From NCBI GenBank assembly GCA_963707915.1, contig OY970178.1:832001-896000 (forward strand): a DNA stretch of 64,000 nucleotides, in the 5' to 3' direction. This document shows positions 9,993 through 19,182 of this stretch, in pieces. The notes under the pieces are model-generated. The model saw only the letters and a program-made list of their open reading frames with translations. It was not told where the DNA came from and did no database searches. Position numbers and translations under genes: made by a program. Source of the stretch: Candidatus Eiseniibacteriota bacterium (lineage in GTDB: Bacteria > Eisenbacteria > RBG-16-71-46). Position 1 is the first letter of the stretch, and each line of letters starts with the position of its first letter.

Positions 9993-12134
9993 TCACGCGC
10001 TCCACATGTAGGCCCCGTACGAGGCGTCGGGCACGGAGAAGCGCACCAGGTCCGCGGCGGGCAGGCTCTCGACCGGCACGCCGCCCTGCATGAGCTGCAC
10101 CAGCAGGTCCACGTTGTCGCCCGCCTTCAGCCCCAGGCCCGCGAACGGCAGCCCCAGCTCGAGCACGGTCCCGACGTGGCACTCGCAGCCCGGCATCGGC
10201 GCCGCCGCGGCGCCATCGGCGCGACAGACGACCGGACGGGCGCCCGGCTCGAGCCCCTGGATCATGACCCGGACCGGGTGCGGCGCCAGGAAGTCCAGCA
10301 GCAGGTCGTACTCCGCGCCCGGGGGCGCGTTCGAGACGAAGTCGAGCCGCAGGTAGAAGCGCGCGTCGTCGTAGCCGAAGTACAGGTCGCGCCCGATCCC
10401 CGCGTCGCGGTGCATCGAGCCGCCGCCCGCGCCCAGCAGGTGACGCCCGGCCGCGTACCACTCGTAGAAGTGCGTCGGCCGGCCGTCGATCGTCGGGCGC
10501 ACGAAGCCCAGCGGCTGCGTGGCCAGGTCCGGCCGGTGGGTGAAACGCGAGACCGCGACCTGCAGCCAGCTCGGAGCGGGCAGCCCGGCACGCTCGTAGA
10601 CGGCCTGCAGGTGCTCGCGGAAGATGCGGTCGAAGAGCCCCTTGTCCTCGGTGTAGTGGTCCTCGCCGAACCACCAGAACCAGTCCGACCCCTCGGCCGC
10701 GTAGAGCGACTCCCACGCGCCCGGACAGTCCTCGGGCGTCCGGCGCGCCTCGACCAGCGCGCGGCGCGCGCGGGCCAGCAGCTCCCAGGCCCGGTTCTTC
10801 TCGGGATGCCCGATCCAGATGTGGAAGTCGGCGTCGATCCAGGAGCCGGAGTGCAGGTCGCGCAGCTCGGCCGCGGCGGGCGCGGCGGCCAGCACCTCGG
10901 AGGGCGTCACGGTGCGGATGTCGGGCGCGGCCTCGAGCGCGCTGTAGAGCGCCTCCAGGAACGGTCCGCCGTCCGCCGGGTAGTTCTCCCAGCAGTTCTC
11001 GCCGTCGAGGATGACCGAGACCAGCGGACGGCGCCCCGGGACGGACTGCTCGCGGGCGATGCGACGCAGGCGCCCGATGAAGTCGGCCACCGCCTCGGCG
11101 GTCTCCCAGTGGTAGTAGACGAAGCCGATGCGGTCCGAGAGCTCCCGATCGCGGAAGAAGAAGTCCACCGGCCCGGCCGCCGTGCGGTAGCGCCACGGCT
11201 GGTAGAGCGCCGGGTGGTGGCGCTCCCCCGGCGGCAGCGACTGCCACAGCACGCCCTCGTCGGTGGCGAGCCAGCGCACGCCGGCGCGGGCCGCCATCTC
11301 CACCGCCTCCGGGCTCACGCTGCCCTCCGGCGGCCACATCCCCGCCGGGCGGACGCCGAAGGCGCGCGCGTGCCGGTCGAACGCGCGCTGGATCTGGCGC
11401 TCGGCGTCCTCCGGAGCGGCGAACAACTCGCCCGGCATCGCGATCTCGGGGCGCGCGCGCCGCGCCGCGCGGGAGTCCACCAGCAGCGGCAGGATCGGGT
11501 GGTAGTAGGCCGACTCCGACAGCTCGACCTGCCCGCGCTCCGCCAGCGCCCGGTAGGCCGGGATCACCCGGGCGACGATGCGGGAGTAGAGCGCCAGCAG
11601 GCCGTCACGGTGCTCCTCGAGGAAGTCCCCGTTCGAGGCGACCGCCGCGGCCGCCTCGGGCTCCCCGAGCAGCACCGGGTCGAGCCAGGCGAGCAGGAAC
11701 CAGCACTCGAGCGCCAGGATCTCGGTGAAGGTCGGCTCGCTGGCGCCGCTGCTCCGCGCCCGCGCGACCCGCAGGCCGAGCGCCCGGTACCGCGGCCAGC
11801 GCTCCAGCGCGTGCCGCGGGGCGGCCGAGCAGCGCGAGAGGACCGTCGCGCGCTCACCGTCGGTCAGCCCCTCGACCGGCCGGGCAAGCAGGTCGAACAG
11901 GCTCTCGCGGCCGCCGGCCGCGGCCTCGTCGAGCTGGTCCAGCAGCGAGGGCACGAAGTTGAACGTGGCGTGCACGCCCGGGTGGGCCTCGAGGTGCAGG
12001 GCCATGTCCAGGTAGTCCTTGGTGGCGTGCAGGCGCACCCACGGAAGCAGGGCCCGGCCCTCGCGGGGACTACGGTAGTCCGGTTGGTGGTGATGCCAGA
12101 GGAATAGCAGGTCGACCGGGGGCTGCTCGCTCAA
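9993..12134 (-). CDS. Glycoside hydrolase family 57 (amylopullulanase/alpha-amylase-like)
   Basis: WHHHQPDY, LPWVRLH, YYHPILPLL, MWPPEGS (nucleophile), ILDGEN (acid/base), AEGSDWFWW. Confidence 0.95.
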   Translation of the reverse strand: MSEQPPVDLLFLWHHHQPDYRSPREGRALLPWVRLHATKDYLDMALHLEAHPGVHATFNFVPSLLDQLDEAAAGGRESLFDLLARPVEGLTDGERATVLSRCSAAPRHALERWPRYRALGLRVARARSSGASEPTFTEILALECWFLLAWLDPVLLGEPEAAAAVASNGDFLEEHRDGLLALYSRIVARVIPAYRALAERGQVELSESAYYHPILPLLVDSRAARRARPEIAMPGELFAAPEDAERQIQRAFDRHARAFGVRPAGMWPPEGSVSPEAVEMAARAGVRWLATDEGVLWQSLPPGERHHPALYQPWRYRTAAGPVDFFFRDRELSDRIGFVYYHWETAEAVADFIGRLRRIAREQSVPGRRPLVSVILDGENCWENYPADGGPFLEALYSALEAAPDIRTVTPSEVLAAAPAAAELRDLHSGSWIDADFHIWIGHPEKNRAWELLARARRALVEARRTPEDCPGAWESLYAAEGSDWFWWFGEDHYTEDKGLFDRIFREHLQAVYERAGLPAPSWLQVAVSRFTHRPDLATQPLGFVRPTIDGRPTHFYEWYAAGRHLLGAGGGSMHRDAGIGRDLYFGYDDARFYLRLDFVSNAPPGAEYDLLLDFLAPHPVRVMIQGLEPGARPVVCRADGAAAAPMPGCECHVGTVLELGLPFAGLGLKAGDNVDLLVQLMQGGVPVESLPAADLVRFSVPDASYGAYMWSA

Positions 12135-12161
12135 GGCGTCCTTCCCGTGCGGCCGGCCGCG

Positions 12162-12827
12162 TCAGCGCGGCGCGGCGGCCAGCTCTGCCCGCAACACGCG
12201 GGCGCGATTCGCGTAGGAGGTCTCCCCGAACTCGTCGACCAGCCGCTTCAGCCTCGCCTCGGCTTCGTTCGGCTGGTTGGTCTGCCGGTAGCACCGGGCG
12301 GCCGCGTAGAGGAACTCCGCCGACGACTCGCGATCGAACTTGCCCACCAGTCCCTCGTAGACCGGCGCGGCCTCCTTGAACTGCAGGTCGCTCTCGAGCG
12401 CATAGGCGAAGCTGCGGCGCACGGCGTCGGCGATGAGTCCCGACTTCTGCTTCGCCAGGTAGGTCCGGTACTCCGCGACCGACTCCTTGAACTTCCCGAG
12501 CCAGAACAGGTCGTCCCCCGCCAGCCGGTGCGCGTCGATGCCGCTCGGGCTGTTGGGCCACTGCTCGGCCACCTGCCGCGCGACGGGGAGCGAGCGGTCG
12601 TAGGCGCCCTGCCAGAAGAACAGGTTCGCCTCGGCCAGCTTCCCGGCCGCCTGTTCCTCGTCGGCCGCGCGCGCACGCAGCGTGAAGAAGGCCCCCACGC
12701 CCACCACGGCGATCACTCCCAGGCCGATGAGGATCATCCGCCCGTACTGCGCCCAGCGGGAAGTAATCGAGTCCAGGAGCTTTGCTCCCGGATCCTCGAG
12801 TCGAGCTGACTCTCGCTCTAACGTCAA
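12162..12827 (-). CDS. Membrane-anchored TPR protein (YfgM/CpoB-like)
   Basis: Single N-terminal TM helix followed by TPR-like helical repeats. Confidence 0.7.
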   Translation of the reverse strand: MTLERESARLEDPGAKLLDSITSRWAQYGRMILIGLGVIAVVGVGAFFTLRARAADEEQAAGKLAEANLFFWQGAYDRSLPVARQVAEQWPNSPSGIDAHRLAGDDLFWLGKFKESVAEYRTYLAKQKSGLIADAVRRSFAYALESDLQFKEAAPVYEGLVGKFDRESSAEFLYAAARCYRQTNQPNEAEARLKRLVDEFGETSYANRARVLRAELAAAPR

Positions 12828-12896
12828 GGCACTCCTCCGGTTCGAAGGACGGGCTCAACCTCGGAGCGAGGTCGAGTGAATGGCTGCGAATGGGGA

Positions 12897-12925
12897 ACCT
12901 TATCCCGCGGCCGCGTGACCGTCAA
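12897..12925 (-). promoter_or_regulatory. Putative sigma-70 promoter of the TPR-GH57 unit
   Basis: TTGACG-N17-TAAGGT. Confidence 0.6.
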
Positions 12926-13046
12926 GCCCCGCCCCGGCCAGGCGAGCGCCGGGGCGCGGACACGGGTCCGGGCACCGGCCGAAGGCCGGTCGCGGGCGCG
13001 TCCGCACTCCGCCGGCTTCCGATCCGTGCATGCCCCGCTGCCCCGT

Positions 13047-14105
13047 TCACGGCGCGCAGCGCACGCACGCCACCGCCCCGTGCACGCGCACCAGCATCTC
13101 CGCCCGGGCCCCGCACGACGGGCACGTCGGCAGGTCGGGGCGGCCCCGCGCCACGTCCACCAGGCTCTTCAAGCGCACGTGCACCGCCCCCAGCCGAAGT
13201 TCCTGCTCCAGGTCCGCGACCGGCCAGGCCCACTCCGACAGCCCCCACACGCGCATCTCCGTCCGGATCGCCCAGCGCCCGCGCACCTCCGCCGCGCGCC
13301 GGTCCCACTCGAGCTTGATCGACGTGCTGTCGCCCTGCTCGATCTCCACCTCGTCCGCGCTCGAGGTCCGGCGCCGCAGCCTCTCCTGCTCCTCCTCCAG
13401 CCGGGCGGTGAAGAACGCCCCCAGCCGCTCGAGCTCGCCGTCGCGCAGCCGGCCCATCTGCTGCTCCCACTCCTGCTCCCGCTCGCCCAGCAGGCGCTCG
13501 AAGTGGGCGCGCGTGACCTCCATCCAGCGCGCGCGCTGCTCCGGCTCCAGTTCCTCCTCCATCTGGTAGAGACCGTCGCGGGAGCGCACGTCCGGCACCT
13601 CGGGTGCGCTGTGCCACTCGAGCAGTTCGCCCGTGGGCCCGATCAGGACCACCCACGGCTCCTGCCAGGGCAGGCCGCCCCAGCGCGTCGCCACCGCGTG
13701 GAACGAGACACGTCGCTCGTAGCGCACCGGTCCCAGCCGGGCCGGCCCCCACGACAGCCCGCGCAGCTTGCAGACCGTCGCCAGTCCTTCCTCGCTCACC
13801 CCGGGCACGTGCGCCAGGGCCGTGCGCCGCGTGAGCACCGGCACCTCCATCGCCGCCTCGAGGATGCGCCGGCCGCCGCTGCTGCCCGGGGCGGTGAACC
13901 ACGCCCCGCGCGGCAGGGTCGCGCGCAACGGGTCGAAGACGAGGCGTACGCGCTGGCGGCGCCAGCGGCGACGGAGCGGTTCCGCCAGGTCCACCTCCCA
14001 GTCGCCACGCGCGGCCGGCTTGACCGTGCAGCCCTCGGACTCGAGCCAGTGCCCCACGAACTCGCGCCACTCCGGCGGCAGGCTGGGGGGCGGCGCGGGC
14101 GACAT
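13047..14105 (-). CDS. Hypothetical YqhG-like protein with coiled coil and C-terminal zinc ribbon
   Basis: ATG after AAGGAGG (alternative GTG at 14192 coupled to the helicase stop); E/R-rich coiled coil; CPSC...CVRC; follows a YqhH-like SNF2 gene. Confidence 0.65.
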   Translation of the reverse strand: MSPAPPPSLPPEWREFVGHWLESEGCTVKPAARGDWEVDLAEPLRRRWRRQRVRLVFDPLRATLPRGAWFTAPGSSGGRRILEAAMEVPVLTRRTALAHVPGVSEEGLATVCKLRGLSWGPARLGPVRYERRVSFHAVATRWGGLPWQEPWVVLIGPTGELLEWHSAPEVPDVRSRDGLYQMEEELEPEQRARWMEVTRAHFERLLGEREQEWEQQMGRLRDGELERLGAFFTARLEEEQERLRRRTSSADEVEIEQGDSTSIKLEWDRRAAEVRGRWAIRTEMRVWGLSEWAWPVADLEQELRLGAVHVRLKSLVDVARGRPDLPTCPSCGARAEMLVRVHGAVACVRCAP

Positions 14106-14188
14106 GCCGGTCCCCTCCTTCGTCCCCGGCCCGCGGCGCGCGTCGGCGCTCCGGGCCACCGAGCCCTTGCGGTCCCGCCGCGGGGGGC

Positions 14189-16132
14189 TCACGCCTCGTC
14201 CTTCTCGGTCACCGACGGGAACAGCCAGTCCTCCGAGTCCTTCTGCTGCTGGTAGAGCCGGTGCGCCACGACCAGGTGCTGGGCCAGTTCGGCGAACTTG
14301 CGCTTGCGCATCCGCGGGTTGGTGGACTCCGTCCAGCGCCGGAAGACCTCGTCCTCGAACGAGCCTGCGGACTGCCACGCACCGAGGATCTCCTCCATCT
14401 CGCCCACCACCAGCTCGAACATGCGGATCTTGCGCTCGAGGATCTCGAGCACGTACGCCTCGATGGTGCCGCGCGCGGCCAGGTTGATGACGCGGACCGG
14501 GTGGCGCTGCCCCAGGCGGTGGACGCGCCCGATGCGCTGCTCCACGCGCATCGGGTTCCACGGCAGGTCGTAGTTGATGACGATGCGCGCGAACTGGAGG
14601 TTGCGCCCCTCGCCGCCCGCCTCGGTGCTCACCAGCACCGGCGAGACCGTGCGGAAGTGCTCGAGCGCCTCCTCCTTCTCGCGCCAGCCCAGCTCGCCGT
14701 GGAAGACCGACGGCTCCACGCCCGAGGCCACCAGCGCGGCGACGATCGCGTCCTGGGTGGCGCGGAACTGCGTGAAGATGATGGCCTTCTCCCCGCCGAG
14801 CCCGCCCAGCACGCGCTGCAGCGTGCGCAGCTTCGACGGGATCGCCGAGACCGCCTCCGCGCGCGCGGCCAGGATCTTCAGGCGCCTCGGGTCGAGTCCG
14901 TCGGGGCGCGCCGTCAGCCGCTCGAGCGTGGCGCGCGCCGCGGCCCAGGACGAGCCCATCTCCTTCTGCAACACCATGAGCGTGAAATAGTGCGGGCGGC
15001 CGGGCCCGCCGTGCTCGCCGTGCACCGCGTCGGCCACGAACTCGCTCACCTGCCGGTAGAGGCCGCGCTCGGCGGCGGTCTGCGCCACCCAGCGGGTCTC
15101 CACCTTGCGCGGGGCGAAGACCAGGTCCGTGTCGCCGCGCCGCGTGCGGATCATGACCACCTTGAGCAGGTTGCGCAGCCGCGGCGTGTTGCGCGGCGTG
15201 CGCTTGTCGTGACCGGAGAGGAAGTCGCGGCGGAACTGCGAGAAGGTGCCCACCGTCCCGGGCCGGGTCAGCGTCACCAGGTTGTAGAGCTCGCGCATGT
15301 CGTTCTGCACCGGCGTGGCGGTGCAGAGCAGCAGGTAGCGCGGGTTCAGGTCGTTCACGAACCGCCAGCCCAGCGTGAGGTGGTTGCGCAACCGGTGGGC
15401 CTCGTCCACCACCACCATGTCGTAGTTGGCGCCGCGCACGCGGCGCCGGTGGCGCTCGTGCCGGGCGGTCTCCAGCGAGGAGATCACCAGCGGGTGGCGG
15501 CCCCACTGTCCCACCGGGCCGCGCGAGACCACGAAGTCGAGCTCGAACTTCTCCCACAGCTCGGCCCGCCACTGCTCGCAGAGCGACGCCGGCACCAGCA
15601 CCAGCACGGTCCGCGTCGCGCCCCGCAGCAGGTACTCCTTGATGACGATCCCGGCCTCGATGGTCTTGCCCAGCCCCACCTCGTCCGCCAGGATGGCGCG
15701 CCCGTTGAGGTCGCGCATGACCTTCACGCAGGCGGTGATCTGGTGGGGGAAGCGCTCGACCCCCCGCAGCGAGTCGAGCGAGATGAGCCGGTCGGTGCCC
15801 GCCCAGCCGGACCAGCGCTCGGCCTGCGAGTGCAGCTCGAAGCGCGGCGCCGGCACCGACCGGCCGCACTGCCAGGACTCCAGCAGCCGGTCGCCCTGCG
15901 CGTGCCAGGCCCGGGTGGCGGCGACGCTCCTTCCCGGCGTCGGCGCGGGCGCGCCCGCCTCCACCACGGTCCACTCGCGCTGCGCCGAGAGACGACGGAG
16001 CTGGCCGTCGAAGACGACCTCCAGCACCTCGCGGCCGCGATCGGTGTGGACCTCGACCACCAGGCCCTCGCCGAACTGCGGATGGCGCAGCCGCTGGCCG
16101 ACCTCGTAGGCGAGGGGCTTCGTCAACTCCAC
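14189..16132 (-). CDS. SNF2/RapA-like ATPase (YqhH-like) with N-terminal Tudor-like domain
   Basis: LADEVGLGKT, DEAH, TATP, STEAGGEGRNLQ, QRIGRVHRLGQ; N-terminus VGQRLRHPQFGEGLVV; GTG after GAGGAGG. Confidence 0.9.
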   Translation of the reverse strand: MELTKPLAYEVGQRLRHPQFGEGLVVEVHTDRGREVLEVVFDGQLRRLSAQREWTVVEAGAPAPTPGRSVAATRAWHAQGDRLLESWQCGRSVPAPRFELHSQAERWSGWAGTDRLISLDSLRGVERFPHQITACVKVMRDLNGRAILADEVGLGKTIEAGIVIKEYLLRGATRTVLVLVPASLCEQWRAELWEKFELDFVVSRGPVGQWGRHPLVISSLETARHERHRRRVRGANYDMVVVDEAHRLRNHLTLGWRFVNDLNPRYLLLCTATPVQNDMRELYNLVTLTRPGTVGTFSQFRRDFLSGHDKRTPRNTPRLRNLLKVVMIRTRRGDTDLVFAPRKVETRWVAQTAAERGLYRQVSEFVADAVHGEHGGPGRPHYFTLMVLQKEMGSSWAAARATLERLTARPDGLDPRRLKILAARAEAVSAIPSKLRTLQRVLGGLGGEKAIIFTQFRATQDAIVAALVASGVEPSVFHGELGWREKEEALEHFRTVSPVLVSTEAGGEGRNLQFARIVINYDLPWNPMRVEQRIGRVHRLGQRHPVRVINLAARGTIEAYVLEILERKIRMFELVVGEMEEILGAWQSAGSFEDEVFRRWTESTNPRMRKRKFAELAQHLVVAHRLYQQQKDSEDWLFPSVTEKDEA

Positions 16133-17535
16133 AGCGCGGCCTCCTCGCCCGGCGCGGGGATCCTCACCTCGGCCCCCACCCGCTCGCGCAGCAGGCCGGC
16201 CAGCGTCTCCGCGGCGCCGGCCTCGCCGTGCACCAGGAAGATGCGCCGCGGCGCGGGATCGAGCCGGCCGACCCAGTCGAGGATCTCGGCCTGGTCGGCA
16301 TGGGCGCTGAAGCCTTCCAGCGAGGTCACCTCGCAGAGCCGCCGGGTGGGCTCGCCGAAGATGTTCACGACCTCGGCGCCGTCGCGCAGGCGGCGCCCCA
16401 GCGTGCCCTCGGCCTGGAAGCCCACGAACAGCACGGTGTTCTTCGGCTCGCCCAGCCCGAAGCGCAGGTGGTGGAGGATCCGGCCGCCTTCGCACATCCC
16501 CGAGCCGGCGATGATGATGCACGGCTCGGTGCGCTCGTTGAGCGCCTTGGACTCCTCGGCGCTGCTCACGTAGCGCAGCCGCGCGAAGCCGAAGGGCGCG
16601 CCGCCGTGGTTCACGAAGGCGTCGTGCGTCTCGGCATCGAAGCACTCGGGGTGCTGCCGGTAGACCCCGGTCGCGACCCGCGCCAGCGGGCTGTCCACGA
16701 AGATCGGGACGTCGGGCACCGCGCGGCGGCCGATCAGCTCGTGCAGGGTCGCCACCAGCTCCTGGGTCCGGCCCACCGCGAACGAGGGCACGATCAGCCT
16801 GCCCCCGCGCCCGAGCGTGCGCGTCGCGGTCTCCTGCAGCGCCCGGACGTTCTCCTCCTCGGGCGGGTGCAGCCGGTCCCCGTACGTGCTCTCCAGCACC
16901 AGCACGTCCACGCCCGGAGGGACGTCCGGGTCGCGCAGGATGGGCCGCCGGTAGCGCCCGAGGTCCCCCGTCATCCCCAGCCTCAGCGTGCGCCCGCCGG
17001 CGCGGAACTCGAAGGTCGTGATCGCCGAGCCCAGGATGTGGCCGGCGTCCCAGAACTCGACCTCGACGCCGTCGGCCAGCGGCCACGGTTCCCGGTAGTC
17101 GTGCGTCTCGAAGCGCTCGAGCGTCGGCACCACGTCGGCCGGCCGGTAGAGCGGCTTGCGGGGCGCCTGCTGCTTCGCCCGCCCGCGCTTGTTCACGTGC
17201 TCGAGATCGCGTTCCATCAGGAACGCGCTGTCGGCCAGCAGCGGACGCGCGAGGTCCGCGGTGGCCGGGGTGAGGTGGATCCTGCCGCCGAACCCCTGGC
17301 GGACCAGCGTCGGGAGGTTCCCGCTGTGGTCGAGATGCGCGTGCGAGAGCACCACCCCTTCGAGCTCCGCGGGCGCGAAGGCGAACGTGCGGTTCACCCG
17401 GTCCGCGTCCTCGCGGTGGCCCTGGTAGATCCCGCAGTCGAACAGCCAGGAGCGGGCGCCGAAGCGCACCAGGTGGCGCGACCCGGTCACGGTGCGGGCC
17501 GCGCCCTGGAAGGAGACGGCGAGGGGCAGCGTCAT
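16123..17535 (-). CDS. Metallo-beta-lactamase/beta-CASP ribonuclease
   Basis: VTGS, DCG, HAHLDHSG, AGHILGS, GDLG, ESTYG, GMCEGGRI, FSAHAD, VHGE. Confidence 0.93.
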   Translation of the reverse strand: MTLPLAVSFQGAARTVTGSRHLVRFGARSWLFDCGIYQGHREDADRVNRTFAFAPAELEGVVLSHAHLDHSGNLPTLVRQGFGGRIHLTPATADLARPLLADSAFLMERDLEHVNKRGRAKQQAPRKPLYRPADVVPTLERFETHDYREPWPLADGVEVEFWDAGHILGSAITTFEFRAGGRTLRLGMTGDLGRYRRPILRDPDVPPGVDVLVLESTYGDRLHPPEEENVRALQETATRTLGRGGRLIVPSFAVGRTQELVATLHELIGRRAVPDVPIFVDSPLARVATGVYRQHPECFDAETHDAFVNHGGAPFGFARLRYVSSAEESKALNERTEPCIIIAGSGMCEGGRILHHLRFGLGEPKNTVLFVGFQAEGTLGRRLRDGAEVVNIFGEPTRRLCEVTSLEGFSAHADQAEILDWVGRLDPAPRRIFLVHGEAGAAETLAGLLRERVGAEVRIPAPGEEAALWS

Positions 17536-18191
17536 CAGAGGCTCGCGTAGAAGATCAGGCCGGCCGAGGCCTGCAGGTCGTGGTTCACGCCGTGGCCGAG
17601 GAAGACCGCGTGGTAGCGCGCCCCGAAGTCGAAGGCCATGCTGGTCCAGAAGAAGCGCTCGACGCCGACCCCGACGCTGAGGTACGTCCCGTCGCTCAGC
17701 GGGAACTCGTGCTCGCCGTCGTTCAGGCCGAACGTCGCGCGCGCGATCCCCCCGCCCACGCTCAGCATCTTCACCACCTTCGTGCGGGTGCCGAACATCT
17801 GGTAGACGTCCAGGCCGTAGAGGCCGAGGTGGACCCGCTGGTAGGCGAACTCGTCCTGCGGCTTCATGATCTTCCCGTCGAACAGGTCGACCTGGTCCCC
17901 CGGGCGCACGTCGAGGCCGTGGCTCTCGAACGACAGGCCGATGGCGCGTTCGTAGCGCATCCGGTAGCGGAGGCGCACCGCCATGCCCGGACCGCTGCCG
18001 AACTGGTCGCCCACGGTCCCGTTGTCGAGCAGCGTGCCGTAGAGGCCACTGAGGCCGACCCCGACCTGGCCGGGCCGGGGCAGCACCACCACCGACTTGG
18101 CGTGCGCCGTGCCGGCCGCGACGGCCCCCAGCGCCGCGCCGACGACGAGCACCACCGCGGCCATGGTCCGGATGTGAACGGTACTGCGCAT
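17535..18191 (-). CDS. Putative outer-membrane beta-barrel protein
   Basis: Signal peptide ending AHA; alternating amphipathic beta-strands; C-terminal strand ASAGLIFY. Confidence 0.6.
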   Translation of the reverse strand: MRSTVHIRTMAAVVLVVGAALGAVAAGTAHAKSVVVLPRPGQVGVGLSGLYGTLLDNGTVGDQFGSGPGMAVRLRYRMRYERAIGLSFESHGLDVRPGDQVDLFDGKIMKPQDEFAYQRVHLGLYGLDVYQMFGTRTKVVKMLSVGGGIARATFGLNDGEHEFPLSDGTYLSVGVGVERFFWTSMAFDFGARYHAVFLGHGVNHDLQASAGLIFYASL

Positions 18192-18219
18192 GCGAGACTC
18201 CTTCCTGAAGCGATGACCC

Positions 18220-19182
18220 TCAGGCTCGAGGGTGGAAGGTGCGGTGCACCTCCCGGAGATAGGCCCGGTCCAGATGAGTGTAGATCGCGGTCGTCGCCAC
18301 CGAGGCGTGGCCCAGCAGTTCCTGCACCACCCGCAGGTCGGCGCCGCCGACCAGCAGGTGGGTGGCGAACGAGTGCCGCAGCAGGTGCGGGTGGACGCGC
18401 CCGGCGATCCCCGCGGCGCGCGCGTGGTCCCGCAGGATCTTCCAGAATCCCATGCGCGAGAGCCCGCGTCCACGCGCGTTGGCGAAGACGAAATCGTGGC
18501 GCTCGCGCCGCACGAGGAGCGGACGCGCGCGCTCGAGGTACCCGCGGAGCTCGCGTTCGGCGGCGCGGCCGAAGGGCACCGAGCGCTGCTTGTCGCGCTT
18601 CCCGGTCACCGTGACGAGCCGGTTCGCGAGGTCGAGGTCGGCACGCTTCAGGCCGCACAGCTCCGAGACGCGCAGCCCGCTGCCGTAGGCCAGCTCGAGC
18701 ATCGCGCGGTCGCGCATCCGCAGCGGCTCGTCGCCCGCCGGCTGGGCCAGCAGCGTCGCCACCTCCTCGACCGACAGCGCGCGCGGCAGGCGGCGCTCGC
18801 CGCGGGGCGCGGGCAGGTCGTCCAGCGGTCCGGCCGCCTTCCCCGCGCCGCGCGCGAGCCAGGCGTGGAAGCCGCGCAGCGCCGAGCGCCGCCGCGCGAC
18901 GGTCGCGCCCGAGCGGCCCTGCTTCAGCAGCCGCGCGAAGTAGCCGTCCACGAACGTGGAGCTCACCTCGCCCCAGCCCGCGAGCCCGTGGTGGACCGCG
19001 AAGGCGCGGTAGTCGGTGAGGTCCCGGGCGTACGCGTTCACGGTGTTGTCGCTGAGCCGGCGCCCGGCGCGCAGCTCCTCCAGGAAGCCGTCGAGCGGGC
19101 CGTCCAGCGCCGGCAGCACGGCGGGCCGCGGACGCCTGGCGGGACGGCGGGCCACCGGCGGCGCCGCCAGCTTCGGACTCAT
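18220..19182 (-). CDS. xerD: Tyrosine recombinase XerD
   Basis: [55 protein letters not shown] terminus. Confidence 0.88.
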   Translation of the reverse strand: MSPKLAAPPVARRPARRPRPAVLPALDGPLDGFLEELRAGRRLSDNTVNAYARDLTDYRAFAVHHGLAGWGEVSSTFVDGYFARLLKQGRSGATVARRRSALRGFHAWLARGAGKAAGPLDDLPAPRGERRLPRALSVEEVATLLAQPAGDEPLRMRDRAMLELAYGSGLRVSELCGLKRADLDLANRLVTVTGKRDKQRSVPFGRAAERELRGYLERARPLLVRRERHDFVFANARGRGLSRMGFWKILRDHARAAGIAGRVHPHLLRHSFATHLLVGGADLRVVQELLGHASVATTAIYTHLDRAYLREVHRTFHPRA

